DNA from: Antedon mediterranea | Taxonomy: Eukaryota; Animalia; Echinodermata | DNA: 64,000 nucleotides | Direction: 5' to 3' | NCBI RefSeq assembly: GCF_964355755.1 | Contig: NC_092672.1 | Coordinates: forward strand, 20,907,237 to 20,971,236 | In this document: positions 1 through 12,836 of the stretch, piece by piece | How the letters are laid out: every line of letters begins with the position of its first letter | Numbering within the stretch: the stretch's first letter is position 1 | Notes under the pieces: model-generated | What the model was told of the DNA's origin: nothing | The model's database searches: none | Seen by the model: only the letters and a program-made list of their open reading frames with translations | Made by a program: the position numbers and the translations under genes

Positions 1-513
1 AGATATACTCGATATAATACTGCCAATAGCCGTATCCTTCTTAACCACGGCAAACTCCGTGGCTAACTGCCCCGATTTCTGGTCTGCCCCAACCGTTGGC
101 GCATGTCGGCGCCCAGACGTCTACGTCACTTGTACTGGATCCGGGCGCCCGCAGACGGTTGGTAGGTTCAGGCCATTCATTTATTGCCCACCCCCTGGGG
201 TCGATACTACACTACATTGCCTGTCTGTACTAGCTTAGCCTAGCTAGGCGCCGCCGCCTAGTAATTGCATTAATTTAGTAACTTACTTTTTTGCCTACTG
301 GAATGTAATTATTGCTTTTTTCCATCAAAATAGTTGTCATTTTGATAAATAAAAAAACCGCTGTGTACCGCCCTCTCTGTTATGACTCGGTGACCTTTTA
401 AAATAAACAGCTGAGCTAACACATGTTTTTTGTTATGATTTTTGCGATCAATCAATGATATGTTTGTAGCATAATAATTCTAATATTTGCTACGTCTACT
501 CTAAGACCCGTAA

Positions 514-618
514 GGTCCGTATTAATAACTGGACTATCTCTGGATTTAGTCTGGACAATCTTTAGTCCTGGACTAAACCAGTATTAAAATCGGCAAAAGA
601 TAGTCATGAATACGGGCC
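514..618. mobile_element. Small MITE, PIF/Harbinger-like
   Basis: Imperfect TIRs ggtccgtattaataac (514) / gtcatgaatacgggcc (ends 618); preceded by TAA; TSD not conserved on the right. Confidence 0.45.
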
Positions 619-696
619 AGTGTGATTGTGGCCTACACTATGGCTATGCAGTCATTCACAGTAGGCCTACGCATTAACCTCAACAACAGTCACTGA

Positions 697-2515
697 CGTG
701 TGGTGGCGCCAGCGGGGGGGCTACGGGGGCTCTAGCCCCCTCGTCGGGGAGCCTAGCCCCCCCGTCGGGGAACACGGGTACTTTTTGTCGGGGAATATAA
801 TATACAGTAAAAAACGTTCGCGTTCACTTCATAGTAGTCTGGGTTCCAGACGGAGTTTTGTCTTAATATTAGTAAAAAGATAAATATTTTGGCACATATG
901 GCGTTTCATACGTATACTACTTGAATTGTATTTTCAGACAAAAATCGCGGTCGAAATAAAAACAAATAAATTTTAAAAAAAGATAATACAGACTTGGGGC
1001 AAGTCTAACTTCATAGCTTCAGCGCCTAGAAAACCACGACGTTCCATTGACCGTGAGAGTACGTCAGAGGGCTAATATGCACTTTTATGCATTCATTTAT
1101 TGCCAGCGATCTAACTTACTACTAAACATTAGCTAGGTACGCACTTGTCTGGCGGTATCCCTTTGTACGAATCGTTCAACGTTGGGTGAGACGCGTGATA
1201 TCAAGTTCCATCCAGGTACCAAAAATGTGTAATGTAGTTATTTTCCAGGCGAAGTTTACCGACGGTTACCGAAGGGAACACGGGTACTTTTTGTCGGGGA
1301 ATATAATATACAGTAAAAAGCGTTCGCGTTCACTTCGTAGCTAGCTTCAGCGCCTAGAAAACCGCGACGTTTCATTGACCGTGAGAGTACGTCAGAGTGA
1401 TATTATGCACTTTATATGCATTCATTATTGCCAGCGATCTAACTTACTATAGAAAACAATAGCTAGGTTCGCACTTGTCTGGCGGTATCCATTTGTACGA
1501 ATCGTTCAACGTTGTCGAGACGCGTGATATCATGTTCCATCCAGCGACCAAAATGTGTACTGTAGTTATTTTCCAGGCGAAGTTTACTGACGGTTACGTC
1601 GTGTACTGCGTCGACGTACTACACTACAGCAAAAACGAATTATGTTAATTGTTCGTATGTTCACCATTTTTTTAAATTTACAAGTAACCTTCTGTACCGT
1701 GGGGCACCTGAAATAAATTTTCATCCATTACTAAACAAAAAAACATGCAACTTAATTTTCGCTTAGCCAACATCTTATTATAGCTAAGTTATTACATTTT
1801 CAATGTCCTGTGTATGTCATGAATTTCTCACCACTCGGAAGTCCAGATGGTACACACGCATACACTTGGGAGGAATAAACTTATTTCCCCGACTGAAAAA
1901 GGTCTACGCTTGCGTTTTTTAAGCCTCTAGGCCGGGCTCTAGGCCTGATGTTTCCAAAGTATAAAATGCAATTTTTTGAAGACATGCAGCTCTAGTTTTA
2001 AAAATTTTCTTAGCTCAGCCCCAACAATAAAGCTGGTCATATTTCGAAGTACAAGAAGTGCATTTTCCGGGACCTAACATCTCTCTATTTTTCAAACATT
2101 TCTTAGCTCAGTCACAACCATGATAGGGACTTATATATTTTGTTTCATGTTTTGAAGTATAAATAAGTCCAATTTCCGGAACCTCCAACTCTATTTTTCT
2201 AAATTTTCTTTGAACTTTTATTTTTTAAATTGAAAAATATGGATTGAATGAAACAGTCATCGCGCATCGTTTTTTTGCACGCAGTATTTTATTTATGCAT
2301 TATAAAAAATGGAAAAAATGGCTACCCTAAATCTGATTAAAATGACCTCAAATGACGCTAGAACGCGTTGCTTCCGGGGGCTTCGCCCCCTGGACCCCCA
2401 CCGGGGGCCCTTGGCGGCCCCCTGGCCCCCAGCCTAGTGATGCTCGCTTCGCTCGCATAGCCCCCTCGTCGGGGAATGTAGCCCCCGCGTCGGGAAGATC
2501 CTGGCGCCACCCCTG
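697..2515. mobile_element. Non-autonomous hAT-type DNA transposon
   Basis: Perfect 8-bp TSD gtcactga at 689-696 and 2516-2523; TIRs (c..)ggtggcgccag / ctggcgccacccctg; GC-rich subterminal motifs (agccccc...gtcgggga); internal direct duplication (~768-1270 vs ~1275-1597); no transposase ORF. Confidence 0.85.
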
Positions 2516-3007
2516 GTCACTGATCGTTTTATATTTTAGTACATATAGATATAGATATCACATACCAGTTCATAAATCACATTTAGTCCAAAAATATCAT
2601 AACCAGCAACTACAAATATATTAATAAACAACTTCACTTAACAGGTCTGCCTCATTATTTAAGCCCTTAATTTCAAAACTGAACTTGTCATGGCACACAA
2701 CAAAGCGGCAAGTACGCCACCAATATTTTGGAACGTAAGTGATAACAGTTATCAGACATTCAAACACTCTCCGTTTATTTAAGTGTTGATATACTATTTG
2801 TTAGCAAAGTACGTGTATTTAGAAGTGATAGTGAGTTTACAGTAGGCCTGTAAAGATGGCCTATGATTGTGTAAATGCTATTTTAGGAAACAAATGGAAA
2901 CTTTATGTCTGTTCTGTTATACTAGTAGGCCTACTTTAACTAAAATCATTGGTAATGTTGTCTTGCTAAAAGATGTTGCTAGTAGGCCTACTAGTAGTTG
3001 TACTCAA

Positions 3008-3286
3008 AGATGTATTGTCCCACAAAAACATGAAAAATGAAGATTAATTAAATCAGACTAATAAAGTTAATCAATTCCGTAGGAAAAAAAATGTTTTCAC
3101 TTATAAAATAACATAATAAATAGTTAAATACAACCAAAAATCCATTGGCTGGCAGCCAATTTGACCATTTTTGCTTAAATACATTTTTTCCAATTTATCC
3201 AAAAGTGGATAACTATCATGTGACATTAAATGGCATATTGAAAAAGTTAAAGTTAAAAAATTTTTTTCAGGGGGGACAACACATCT
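3008..3286. mobile_element. Kolobok-like MITE (family A, copy 1)
   Basis: TIRs agatgtattgtccc / gggacaacacatct, flanked by tcaa and ttaa; homologous copy at 40946-41247. Confidence 0.65.
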
Positions 3287-4479
3287 TTAAACGAAATTTC
3301 CTAGGTTTAATCAATTTAGTAGGCCTAGTAGCCTATGGTCGCAATAAAGTGTATTTTGATTGTATGAGCAGCGATTGATTATTCAAACTTTCGCTTGTCA
3401 TTTAATTTAATTTAATTGTCATTTAATATTTAATTTTAATTGGTTAAAACAACGAAAGGAATGTGCTCACCCCCACAACTAACGTATGCACTATTTTCTA
3501 TAAATCGATAACAGGCCTATTAGAAGTAAAATAGGCATACAACTTATTTTTCTAAGCATGCAATTTGGGTAAAAATACACACAATTTTTCAATAAAAATA
3601 GGTAGTCTGGGTAAAAAATAATATAAAAATATATTAGTTGTTAAGGTTTTTTTTAAAAATGTAGGGCTACAATAAAACAATGTTAAAAATTTGATTAATT
3701 AATATAAGTCATTGCAGTCATTTCCTCATGAGGTAATTTCCCGATTGATCGTAATCAAAACGGTACTGGGTTTGGTCTACTAGCGTTCCTGCTCCCAACC
3801 AGTACATCCATTCATAGAAGCCTTAATGAAGTAAGCCTACCTGGTGGTGGCCATAGAACGGTCCCGAGATAACGACTATACTTCGACGGCTTTAGTCGAT
3901 AGAAGATTGAATAAATTGTTAGAGATAGAGTATACGATGTTATGATTATGTGTAGATATGTGATTTGTTCTTTTTATTCCAATGATGTTATGTATTTAAT
4001 AAATTTGTTATATCAATTAATTAAATTATCGTAGATTGCATATTATGCGATGAATATTATTTAATAAATTTTTGATATATTATTATTATTATATTAATAA
4101 AAAGATATTTGTTAGTATAAATTAAAAAATATAGATATAAGGAAGAAAAGCAAAGAGATTATGGAGCGGCTGTACCAGAATATACAACACTAAGTATTGT
4201 AAAGTTAATATATTAAAAATTTAGGCGATCTTGTCAAAGGTCAAGCGCCTTCAGCCTGCCACGTTTCGATATTCAATATTGAACTTGACCAGGTACGTAC
4301 TTCTCAAGATCCAGGTCATAGAAACTCTTCTTCAACAACAGCAGCACACGTGTGGCATGATGGCTCATCAAAAAAAAAAAGTTCTCAAAATGAAACATGT
4401 ATTTATATGGGGTGAACATGTTGTTACGTTTGTTACCGGTTATATTTTATGGTAATTAATAATTTATAGAACAGTGAAT

Positions 4480-4510
4480 GTTAGGAAAAAATGGCGAAAT
4501 AAATGTAAGG
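4480..4510 (+). promoter_or_regulatory. Putative TSS region / non-coding first exon donor of the ANK gene
   Basis: aaaatggcg (YY1-like motif) at ~4488-4496, then donor-like gtaagg at 4505 and a TAGGCCTA-rich tract. The ATG exon at 15617 has a splice acceptor, so an upstream exon is needed. The assignment is inference. Confidence 0.3.
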
Positions 4511-4534
4511 GTACACTCAGCTACTAAACTATAA

Positions 4535-4960
4535 TTAGGCCTAGGCTAAATACTACGTACTAGCTAGGCCTAGCCTAGGCCTAGCTAGGCACAAGTGTCT
4601 GTAGGCCTACTTATGTAGGGTGATGTAGGCCTAAGGCTATACTACTAACTACTTTCTCTAGGCCTAGGCCTAAATACTAAATACTACTAACTAGGCCTAG
4701 TGTCTGTCTATAGGCCTAGGCCTACTTATGTAAGTTGATGTAGGCCTAAGTAAGGCTATACTACTAGACAAAAAGGGTGCTAGAGTAATACATAGGAGGA
4801 GGAACAGGTAAGGCTGGACCAGGCCTAGGCCTAGTACAAGTTAGGCTTATAGCTAGCTAGATACTGTTTAGGCATAGCCTACTAGGATCATCATAATAGC
4901 AGTTTTCATACTGGAATTACGGAAAAAGGTTAAAGGTTTCAAGATGGTTTTAGGCCTGGG
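4535..4960. repeat. Low-complexity TAGGCCTA/TAGCCTA/TAGGCTA/TAGCTA tract
   Basis: Dense concatenated motifs, e.g. tagctaggcctagcctaggcctagctaggc. Confidence 0.85.
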
Positions 4961-5329
4961 GTTAAACCATATAATATTTATATTATAAATAAAGGAAGTA
5001 AATTCATTGGTTAGTGTTCATTAAATATCTTTGTATCAAAATTGATTAAATTCACAGCGTTAATGAATGGTGGCACAGAATAGTTAGCTCTTGTTAAGAA
5101 AGCTAATTGTAATACTTTACTCTCTGTCCAAATTAGCTATTAAATCAAATCAACATCACAGGCAGAATGGCAAAGCATACCAGGTACACACACACACTCA
5201 CATTTCTATTTTTCTAAGGACACAATTACAACTCCACTCCCAAATAAGACTTTGTTTATGTAGAGCATCTTGTGTATATGTTTGTCTTGTGAACCTAGCT
5301 CTGAGGGTCCCTAATGATCAGCAATTTTT

Positions 5330-7220
5330 TTGTTTTAATCTTATGTGGGTTCATCCCACTTTTATTTCCATACAACTGTTCTCTTTACATATATTTTTCA
5401 CTATACACTATACATATCATTATATTTACAATGTTTGTTTAATCATCTGTTTACATGTACTTATTTAAAGAGTTTTATTCATTTGTTTACATATTATCAC
5501 ATTGATTACATAGCTTCCTCTTTTTAAACATATTATCTGTAACACATTTTCATTAACAAGCATATTTTTTTTCTTACATAGTTGTTTTTGATTATTTCAT
5601 CTACCACATTTTCATTTAACAATGCATATTCTCTGTTATACTCATTACTTACTAAATGTTTACTGTTAACATAATATTGTTCTCATCCTTTAACATTAAT
5701 ATTAATATTTTTGTTCTTTAATGTTTACAAAACTTTTATTTCCAGCAGATTATCCTTTTTTTGCATCTATAACTTCTTAAATTTTCATTTAACTTTTTAC
5801 TTTCTTCTCTTATGTGGATTCATTCCACTTTTTTTTTACTTATTTTCTTTAAAAAAAAACTATTTCCATATATTATTTTGTTTATACATACATTATCATT
5901 TAACCACATTGATTACATAGTTTCCTCTTTTTATACATATTATCTATAACACATTTTCATTAACAAAGCTTATTTTTTCTTACATAGTTGTTTTTGTTTT
6001 TTAGTCGCGTGGAAGCGAATCTATAGTTCACTATGTCGGTCGGTCGGTCTGTCTGTCTGTCTGTCGGTCTGTCTGTCGGTCTGTCTGTCGGTCTGTCGGT
6101 CCGGTATCACTATGCGTTTTATCGCTTTATGACCTTATCTTGATATCAGTTTAATCTAGCTAAATCAATTTTTCACAGAATATTCCTTATGGCCAGGAAT
6201 CGATGTGGTTATGATTTCACGGTGCGCAATAAAAAATTACGCGGTCTACGCACGATTTAACGAAATCACGTTTGTAATCATATCTTAACAACCATGAATC
6301 ACAATTAAATAAAATTTGGTACTCATAAATTTCAGGGCATAAATCATCATATGGCAATACAATTACGTGCGTAGCGCATGTAACGCATGCGTACGCGCGC
6401 CTAAAATTTTCAAAATTTATTTTCGATGAAATAAGAGTACGTTTCAGGCAATTTTAAGCGTTTACAAAATTGCCATGAGTGCGCAGATTTTTGCGCGCGC
6501 ACTGCGCGTTAAATGTTATTGCGCACTCTTTTTGCCCGATTTCTGTTTTCTTGACTTACTTTTCAACTCGAAATTACGTTATACGAGCACGTCAAAAGTG
6601 ACAGGCTACGCACGTGTAAATTAAAAAAATATAAATGTTTTTAAACATTTCAACATTTTTAAACATGTTCAGTAATTTCGGTCAGTATAGTTCACTATGT
6701 CGGTCGGTCCGTCTGTCTGTCGGTCTGTCTGTCTGTCGGTCTGTTTGTCTGTCGGTCCGGTATCACTATGCATTGTAGCACGCGACTTAATGGCTGTTGG
6801 CCTTGTTTTTCATCTACATGCATATTTATTTCATACAATTATAATACGTTTATGTTTAATAATCCATCCCATGGGTTTGTCCCATTTTATTTTTCTTTGG
6901 ATTTATCTATGCAAACATATTTTCATTTAAACAATGCATATTCTCTGTTATACTAATTACTTACTAACTTTTTACTGTTAACATTATATTTTCCTCATCC
7001 TTTAACATTGATTTTTTGATCTTTAAATGTTTACACAATTTATTTCCAACAGATTATCCTTTTTTACATCTACAGTATAACCCATCAAAGTTTCATTTAA
7101 CTTTTTTTTTCTTATGTGGGTTCATTCAATTTTTTTTTTTACTTATTATTTATTCTATTATTTTTTTATACATACATTATCATTTAACAACATTTATGTT
7201 TAATGATCCATTAAAAAAAT
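5330..7220. repeat. Degenerate tandem duplication (~0.45-0.5 kb unit), interrupted by a HINE
   Basis: Recurring blocks ttatgtgg.ttcat.c (5341, 5810, 7112), cacattgattacatag (5498, 5906) and aacaatgcatattctctgttatact (5618, 6930). Confidence 0.7.
5998..6808 (+). mobile_element. Helentron-associated interspersed element (HINE / DINE-1-like)
   Basis: 5' tttttagtcgcgtg and its inverted subterminal copy cacgcgacttaa (~6778), followed by a short ggc..gcc stem and T-run; (GTCT/GTCG)n microsatellite in two internal copies; inserted in a T-run with no TSD. Confidence 0.8.
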
Positions 7221-7226
7221 TAGACA

Positions 7227-8990
7227 TTTTTTTTTCTTTTTAACCATTTTATCATTTCAAAATTCCACATGCAGTAAGAATGTGCAAATTACATATATAT
7301 ATACCTATAATATGAAAGCTTTGATGAAAACACTTCACCACTTAAACCTAAACCTTCTTATCCTTCATCATTTTTTTATCATCAATCTATAAAAAGCTTT
7401 TCACATTTTGTCTTTTTGTTTTCAAATCATCAAGGTATACATATTTACAAAACATACCATATAGTAGCAAGAAAAAAAAAAAACATAATAGATTCATCAT
7501 TCATGGTATCTCATTTACATATTTTCTTCCTTAATCTGGTTGAGCATATACAGTATACCTGCAGATTTACATATTTCTTATCTTTTTTTCAGATTTAAAC
7601 ATTTGTAGGAGATTGATTTTTTTTCTTTTTCCAATAAACTTAATATCTTTACTTTATAAATACAAAATGCTCCTAAAGTGTATAATTTATTTACGTAATT
7701 ATTGTCAGTTTCAAATAAAAGTCTTTTGAAAGAAAAAACAGGAATATGTATGCTTACTGCTCTAATTATTTCGTTTATCTCTCTCCATAAACATTTTACT
7801 GTTATGCACTCTACTAACATATGTTTATCATTCTCAATAACATTGCATGTGTCACAACATGGGGAATTTACAAGTCTCCACCTATGTAATCTTTCATTTG
7901 TTGGCAATATTCTGTGCAACAATTTAAAATTAAAATGTGCTAGTTTTTTTTCTTTAAGACCAGAAACTTTCTTAACCCATATTTTTGTCCATGGCATATT
8001 ACCAAATATGGATTCCCACTTAACCTGTGCCGTAGGCGTAATATATTGAGCATCTATTATGAATCTATATAATTGTCTAGACGTCATATTTAAGACCTTA
8101 TTGTTTGTAATATGTATATCATTTACATTAATGTCATGTGTTGATTTTAAAATACATTTCCATTCTTTTGGAATGGCTTTCAATGTACATGAATATTCAC
8201 TGATCCAATTTTGTGTACATCTTAACCTTCTTGTTATCTCTATCGCAGGCTTAAACACATTATTATTTATTACATCATATCTTTTTAAAAACCCTGATCT
8301 AATCCAGTTACAGTTATATAACGGCTTCTTTTTAATACATATAAACTCATTACCCCATAATGATTGATTAATAATGTCATCATAGCTTATTGGTTCCTTA
8401 TTTAATCTATTATTACAAGCATTAGCTACTGCTATAGACTTAATAACTCAGCTGAGAGGTAAAATGGTGGTACGGATATATTACACGGAACTTTTGATAA
8501 ATTTGAGGTTAATGATTTTGGGCCTATTTTTTCTATATAAAATGTAGGTAAACATTTCCATTTGGCATCATCGTTTTCATACAGTCTCCTGTGCCATTTA
8601 ACTTGGAAAGATATTACCTGAGATCTGAATTCTACCATTTTTAGACCACCTTGACTGTAATTGGCACACATGGTTTTTCTTTTTATTTTCTCTTTCTTAG
8701 TTTCCCAAATGAATTTAAAAATTAATTTATCCACCTCTTTTATTACTTTTTCTGGTACTAGCAAAATGCTGGAATTGTATATAATTTTTGAGAGCGCTAA
8801 TGTTTTTACAATAGTAATTCTTCCAAAAAAAGTGAGGTGTCTTTTCTCCCATGTTTTTAGGGTATTTTCTAATGCGTCTATTTTTTCTTTCCAGTTCTTT
8901 TGATAACAATATTCCTTATCATGTCCAACATAGATACCTAATATCCGAATTGGTGTGGATGTCCAAGAAATGTTACCATGTGTGTCCTGC
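7227..8990 (-). mobile_element. 5'-truncated Tx1/L1-clade LINE (RT C-terminal part + zf-RVT), one frameshift near 8450
   Basis: ORF 8992-8432 (IRILGIY...W..RHLTFFGRITIVKTLALSKIIY...IFKFIW...GGLKMV) continues in another frame (IINQSLWGNEFI...) into ORF 8258-7578 (FNFKLLHRILPTN...C-x2-C-x8-H-x4-C). The minus-strand 3' end is ataaaatggttaaaaagaaaaaaaaa near 7227-7252. Confidence 0.92.
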
Positions 8991-9932
8991 AATGATCAGC
9001 AATTGCTGGATGGATCACCCTCATTAAATATGGTTAAAAAAAAATATTAAAAACTGTAAATCAAGAAAAACAACATAAAAAAGTAAGTCACAATGTGTAC
9101 ATCATCATCATTTCATAGCCTTTGTCAGCTTATTGATCATGTCATCTGGACTGATTTTAATAATATTTGTTTTTCTCTTTTATTCTCTATCTAGAAAATC
9201 ATGGCACTTTCATCTTTTAAATCCCAAAAAATAAAAAAATTATTATAAACACTCAACATGTATAGAATTTGTCAAATTTTATATAAATATTTATTAACAT
9301 AGTAAATAAGTCAATACAGTAATTGTGTCATATTTGTTGTGATTGTTTGTTATCCAAACATGATAAATATTTGTATACATTACCTTTTTTTTATACATCA
9401 TTAATGATCATAACAGTTTAAATTTGTAACTTTATCATATAGATTTTGCCTCTTTCACTGTAAATGAATTGATAAAATGCACTTTGTGAAGTGAAACAAA
9501 TTAATGTAATAAAATTCACTTAATGAAATAAATTAAATCAATAAATTTAAACTCGGATTACAAATACTGCCACCAGTGTCCCAACATTTGAGATCACTTC
9601 TTTCTTGGGGCCTGTTTCTGCTGCATAAAAATAACCGGTTAAAATCGGTGTGAATAAATTAAAATCGGTGTGAATAAATTAACTCCATTTTCTTGGCAGC
9701 AGAAACAGGACAAATTTGTGGTAACCGGTTAAAACGCAGCGCAAAATCACCGGTTAAAAACACCAATTTAAATCGGTGTTAGAACGCCGTTTAACCGGTT
9801 ATCGCTGAGCAATTCTTAGCTGCAACACGAAATAACAGTTATTTGATTGACAGTTGTGACCCCGGGTCAGATACCGTCGCGTACCATGTGTGTTTTCCTT
9901 GTGGTTTTGACAGTCGAACGAAGAAGTGAACG

Positions 9933-10093
9933 TGGATGAATGAAAATCACAACATATGTTATTCAGTTGTGGGGGGAAGATGTGGGGGGAAGAGAAAGTG
10001 CGGGCAAGTATGGCAGGCAATAGAAAAGATTCACAGATATATAAGAGCATTTTTGCGAAAGTAAAAGAGGAATTCGGGGTGGAGTTCCGAACT
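9933..10093 (+). pseudogene. Myb/SANT-like (trihelix) DNA-binding domain relic of Harbinger ORF2
   Basis: Frameshifted translation W-M-N-E / ITTYVIQLWGE / EKVRASMAGNRKDSQIYKSIFAKVKEEFGVEFRT resembles the W..EE..LI.LWGEE...G.R.N..IY..I pattern; short internal duplication of tgtggggggaaga. Confidence 0.7.
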
Positions 10094-10129
10094 ACCCAAG
10101 CTAAACACGCTCGCGAAGGGTAGGCCTAT

Positions 10130-10715
10130 GGTCCTATAAACACCAAACGGAAACAAAAGGGACTCAGAATGTTGCAAATACCTACCAAACAAGAATAGAT
10201 AATGGTTAATTAATTATGAAAACCCAAATTTTATAGCAAAAATCGTCCGAATTTATGTTAAAAACAATGAATTTAGCAACAAAAACTGAAACCAAACGAG
10301 CGTATTTATGGCACGCCATTAGTGCCTTTAATAGGAGAACAATGAACAATCTGATTGTTTTACATAATATAATTTTTTAGAAAAAGGTTATCAGAGCCTT
10401 TGATAATATATTAAATATAATTTTATTAAGCATAGAAATGTGTTATTATTTATTTAAGTACATAAATATACGAAATAATGTTCAATATTCATTGTTCTAT
10501 TAAAGGCACTATGTGCGTGTGATGTTCTATGACTTGGATACTCTCGTTTGATTTCAGTTTTTGTGGCTAAACTCGTTGTTTTTAACATAAATTTGGACGA
10601 TTTTTGCTATAAAAGTTGGGTTTTCATAATTAATTAACAATTATCTACTCTCGTTTGGTAGGTATTGCAACATTCTGAGTCTTGTTTTTGTTTCCGTTTG
10701 ATGTTTAGTAGGACC
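10130..10715. mobile_element. Foldback / MULE-like MITE nested in the Harbinger
   Basis: ~200-bp inverted arms (ggtcctataaacaccaaacggaaac... / ...gtttccgtttgatgtttagtaggacc); 10-bp direct repeat cgctcgcgaa at 10108-10117 and 10717-10726. Confidence 0.8.
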
Positions 10716-11310
10716 GCGCTCGCGAAAGACAACAAGTGTTCAGCTCAGGTGGGAAGGGAATCGGGCAAGATAATAATTATCCTAGGCGATCGGGCGCTGC
10801 ACGACCCTCCCCATGTTATTGAAGGTGCCATGAGAATTAATGTAAATTAGCGATGGTAAGTAGGCTTTACAAAAAACAAAATTTGTAGACCTGGAGACAA
10901 CATTTTATTATTTTAACATGTTCGGCGATATCACACACGTGTGTACTGAGCGTCGATGTAAACAAACAGCCAACTTACTACTTCCGTCTGAGTGTATTGC
11001 ATTTTGGGTAATGATGATGTTTTGCTCGACGACCACCCATTGTAGATTTAATCGGTTATTTCGGAGCACAAATTGAGCAGAAACGCGGTCTTTGTTATTA
11101 TTATCTATTTTTAATCTATTTAAAAATAACCGGTTAAATTGCGTTATGCAGCAGAAACAGACCCTTATAAATACTGCCACCAATGTAAGCTTATTTGTTA
11201 TCTTTGCTGTTCTATATTTGTAATCAATACAAAGGTTAAAGTGTAAATATTACCTTTTTATGGATTCTCTTCCTACAGTGTTGAGCCTAATCTAATACTG
11301 TTTTACTTAA

Positions 11311-11736
11311 AGCCCCATTCCCTACGTTTTTTAGATCTAATTTAAGATCACAAACTATATTTAATGTAAAAATAATACTATATGGTCCTATTGCGATAAC
11401 TTTTTTCGTCTTTAAACGGTTAAAAATGTGAAAAATAAATCGATTTTAATAATTATAGCGGCCCGCTATAAATCCCAAAATGCATTGCGCGCGGATTGAT
11501 ATTACCGATGTTTACCAGCTAGGCCTACAAAACTAAGCCTAGCTAGGCTAGGCCTGAGACCGTCCACGAGAGGTCGATCGCCGCGAGCTACTTAGGTAGT
11601 GCATTGTTTCTCACTTTTTATCATAATTTACCATAAAACGTACATTTAAGACAAGGAATGACATGGTTTAATGTTTTTAAAGTGATATATATGTATTATT
11701 TTCCAAAAAACGTCCAAAATTGCAGGGAAGGGGTCT
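11311..11736 (+). mobile_element. Kolobok-like MITE (family B, internally deleted copy)
   Basis: TTAA on both sides (11307-10, 11737-40); TIRs agccccattccctac / gcagggaaggggtct; near-identical to the inverted 626-bp copy at 31975-32600 apart from a ~200-bp deletion. Confidence 0.85.
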
Positions 11737-12661
11737 TTAAATTGTACAAAGGCTTCTTAAAGCTTATTCACATGTCTAAATTAGACGGAAGTTTTTCAAT
11801 TCAATTGTTACTTACAGTTTTGCTGAAAGAAATTGATAGGTTGCAAATTTAAATTGATTTAACAAAGTTACGAATGTGAATTGAGTGATTGTTCCAAATG
11901 GCTGGAATGACATTTAAAAAGAATATTTAAGAGAGTTACAGTGGAAAAAAGGGATACAGAAAGTGGGGAAATCTCTTCTTTGATTAATAAAGTATTACAG
12001 ACCAAAATGTTTCATTATTTTGTGTTTTAGCCTAGAGGGCGTTTTTAAGAATTGTGTTGTTAATTGTTCAAACATTTTAAAAGATTACTTTGTACTGTTC
12101 ATATTTATTTTACAGGGTGTGAGTGAGTGTAGCTACTGTATGACACAAAGTACAATGTTATTGAACTTCCTTCAATATAGATAGCTTGTAAACAATTGAC
12201 TATTATGTAATTTGCACATTTTGAGCTATGCTGTCATGTGACTATACAATCACTCAATCAATTTTCAATCAAATCATTAAATTCATTTTTAAACATTTTA
12301 TTTGATTAATTTATTCATCGTGTGACATGATCAAAAAGAAAAATCAATATGCATCTGTAGTATAAGATGCTTTTATTAAAATGTCATTATAGCACACGGC
12401 AGAATTGGAAGTAATGTTTCACAATAGTAAAAAATAGTTGAAATGGTAAATCATACAAAATGAAAAATCTATACAAAATTAACAAATCAGGATAAAAATT
12501 TATTTGACATTGACATTATCTTTATATTATGACCTTTGGATTTTCTATTTATTTTACCTTGTCTTTAACCAATATTACATTTGAAATTGTAGGGCAATGA
12601 TAAAATGAAAGCAAACATTAAATCATGCGACTTTGAATACTTGATTGACGCAGACAATTTA

Positions 12662-12836
12662 TAACAATTCTTGTCCAGTATTGGTCTTCACTATTTTATG
12701 TCTTTAAAAGTAAAATGTTCACTGTAGAGTATTTGTATGTAGCTGTTTAACAATTCTTGTCCAGTATTGGTCTTCATTATTTCATATCTTTAAAAGCAAA
12801 ATGTTCATTATAGAGTATTTGTGTTGTAGCTGTTTG
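12662..12836. repeat. ~87-bp tandem duplication (2 copies)
   Basis: taacaattcttgtccagtattggtcttca...tagctgttt occurs twice. Confidence 0.85.

Larger units (their letters stand above)
9608..11164 (+). mobile_element. PIF/Harbinger deletion derivative
   Basis: 21-bp TIRs gggcctgtttctgctgcataa / ttatgcagcagaaacagaccc; flanks ttg / tta (near-TWA TSD); repeated aaccggtt subterminal motifs; contains a Myb/SANT-like relic. Confidence 0.85.

Noticed and set aside
698-2624. GC-rich ORFs 698+ and 2352+
   Set aside because: Lie in hAT subterminal repeats; no transposase similarity.
3820-3900. Twister ribozyme (UAA...GGUCCC)
   Set aside because: Required P1/P2/P4 and pseudoknot pairings not found.
7702-8909. 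ORFs 7702+, 8059+, 8661+ and 8727-
   Set aside because: Antisense or alternate-frame shadows of the Tx1 ORF2.
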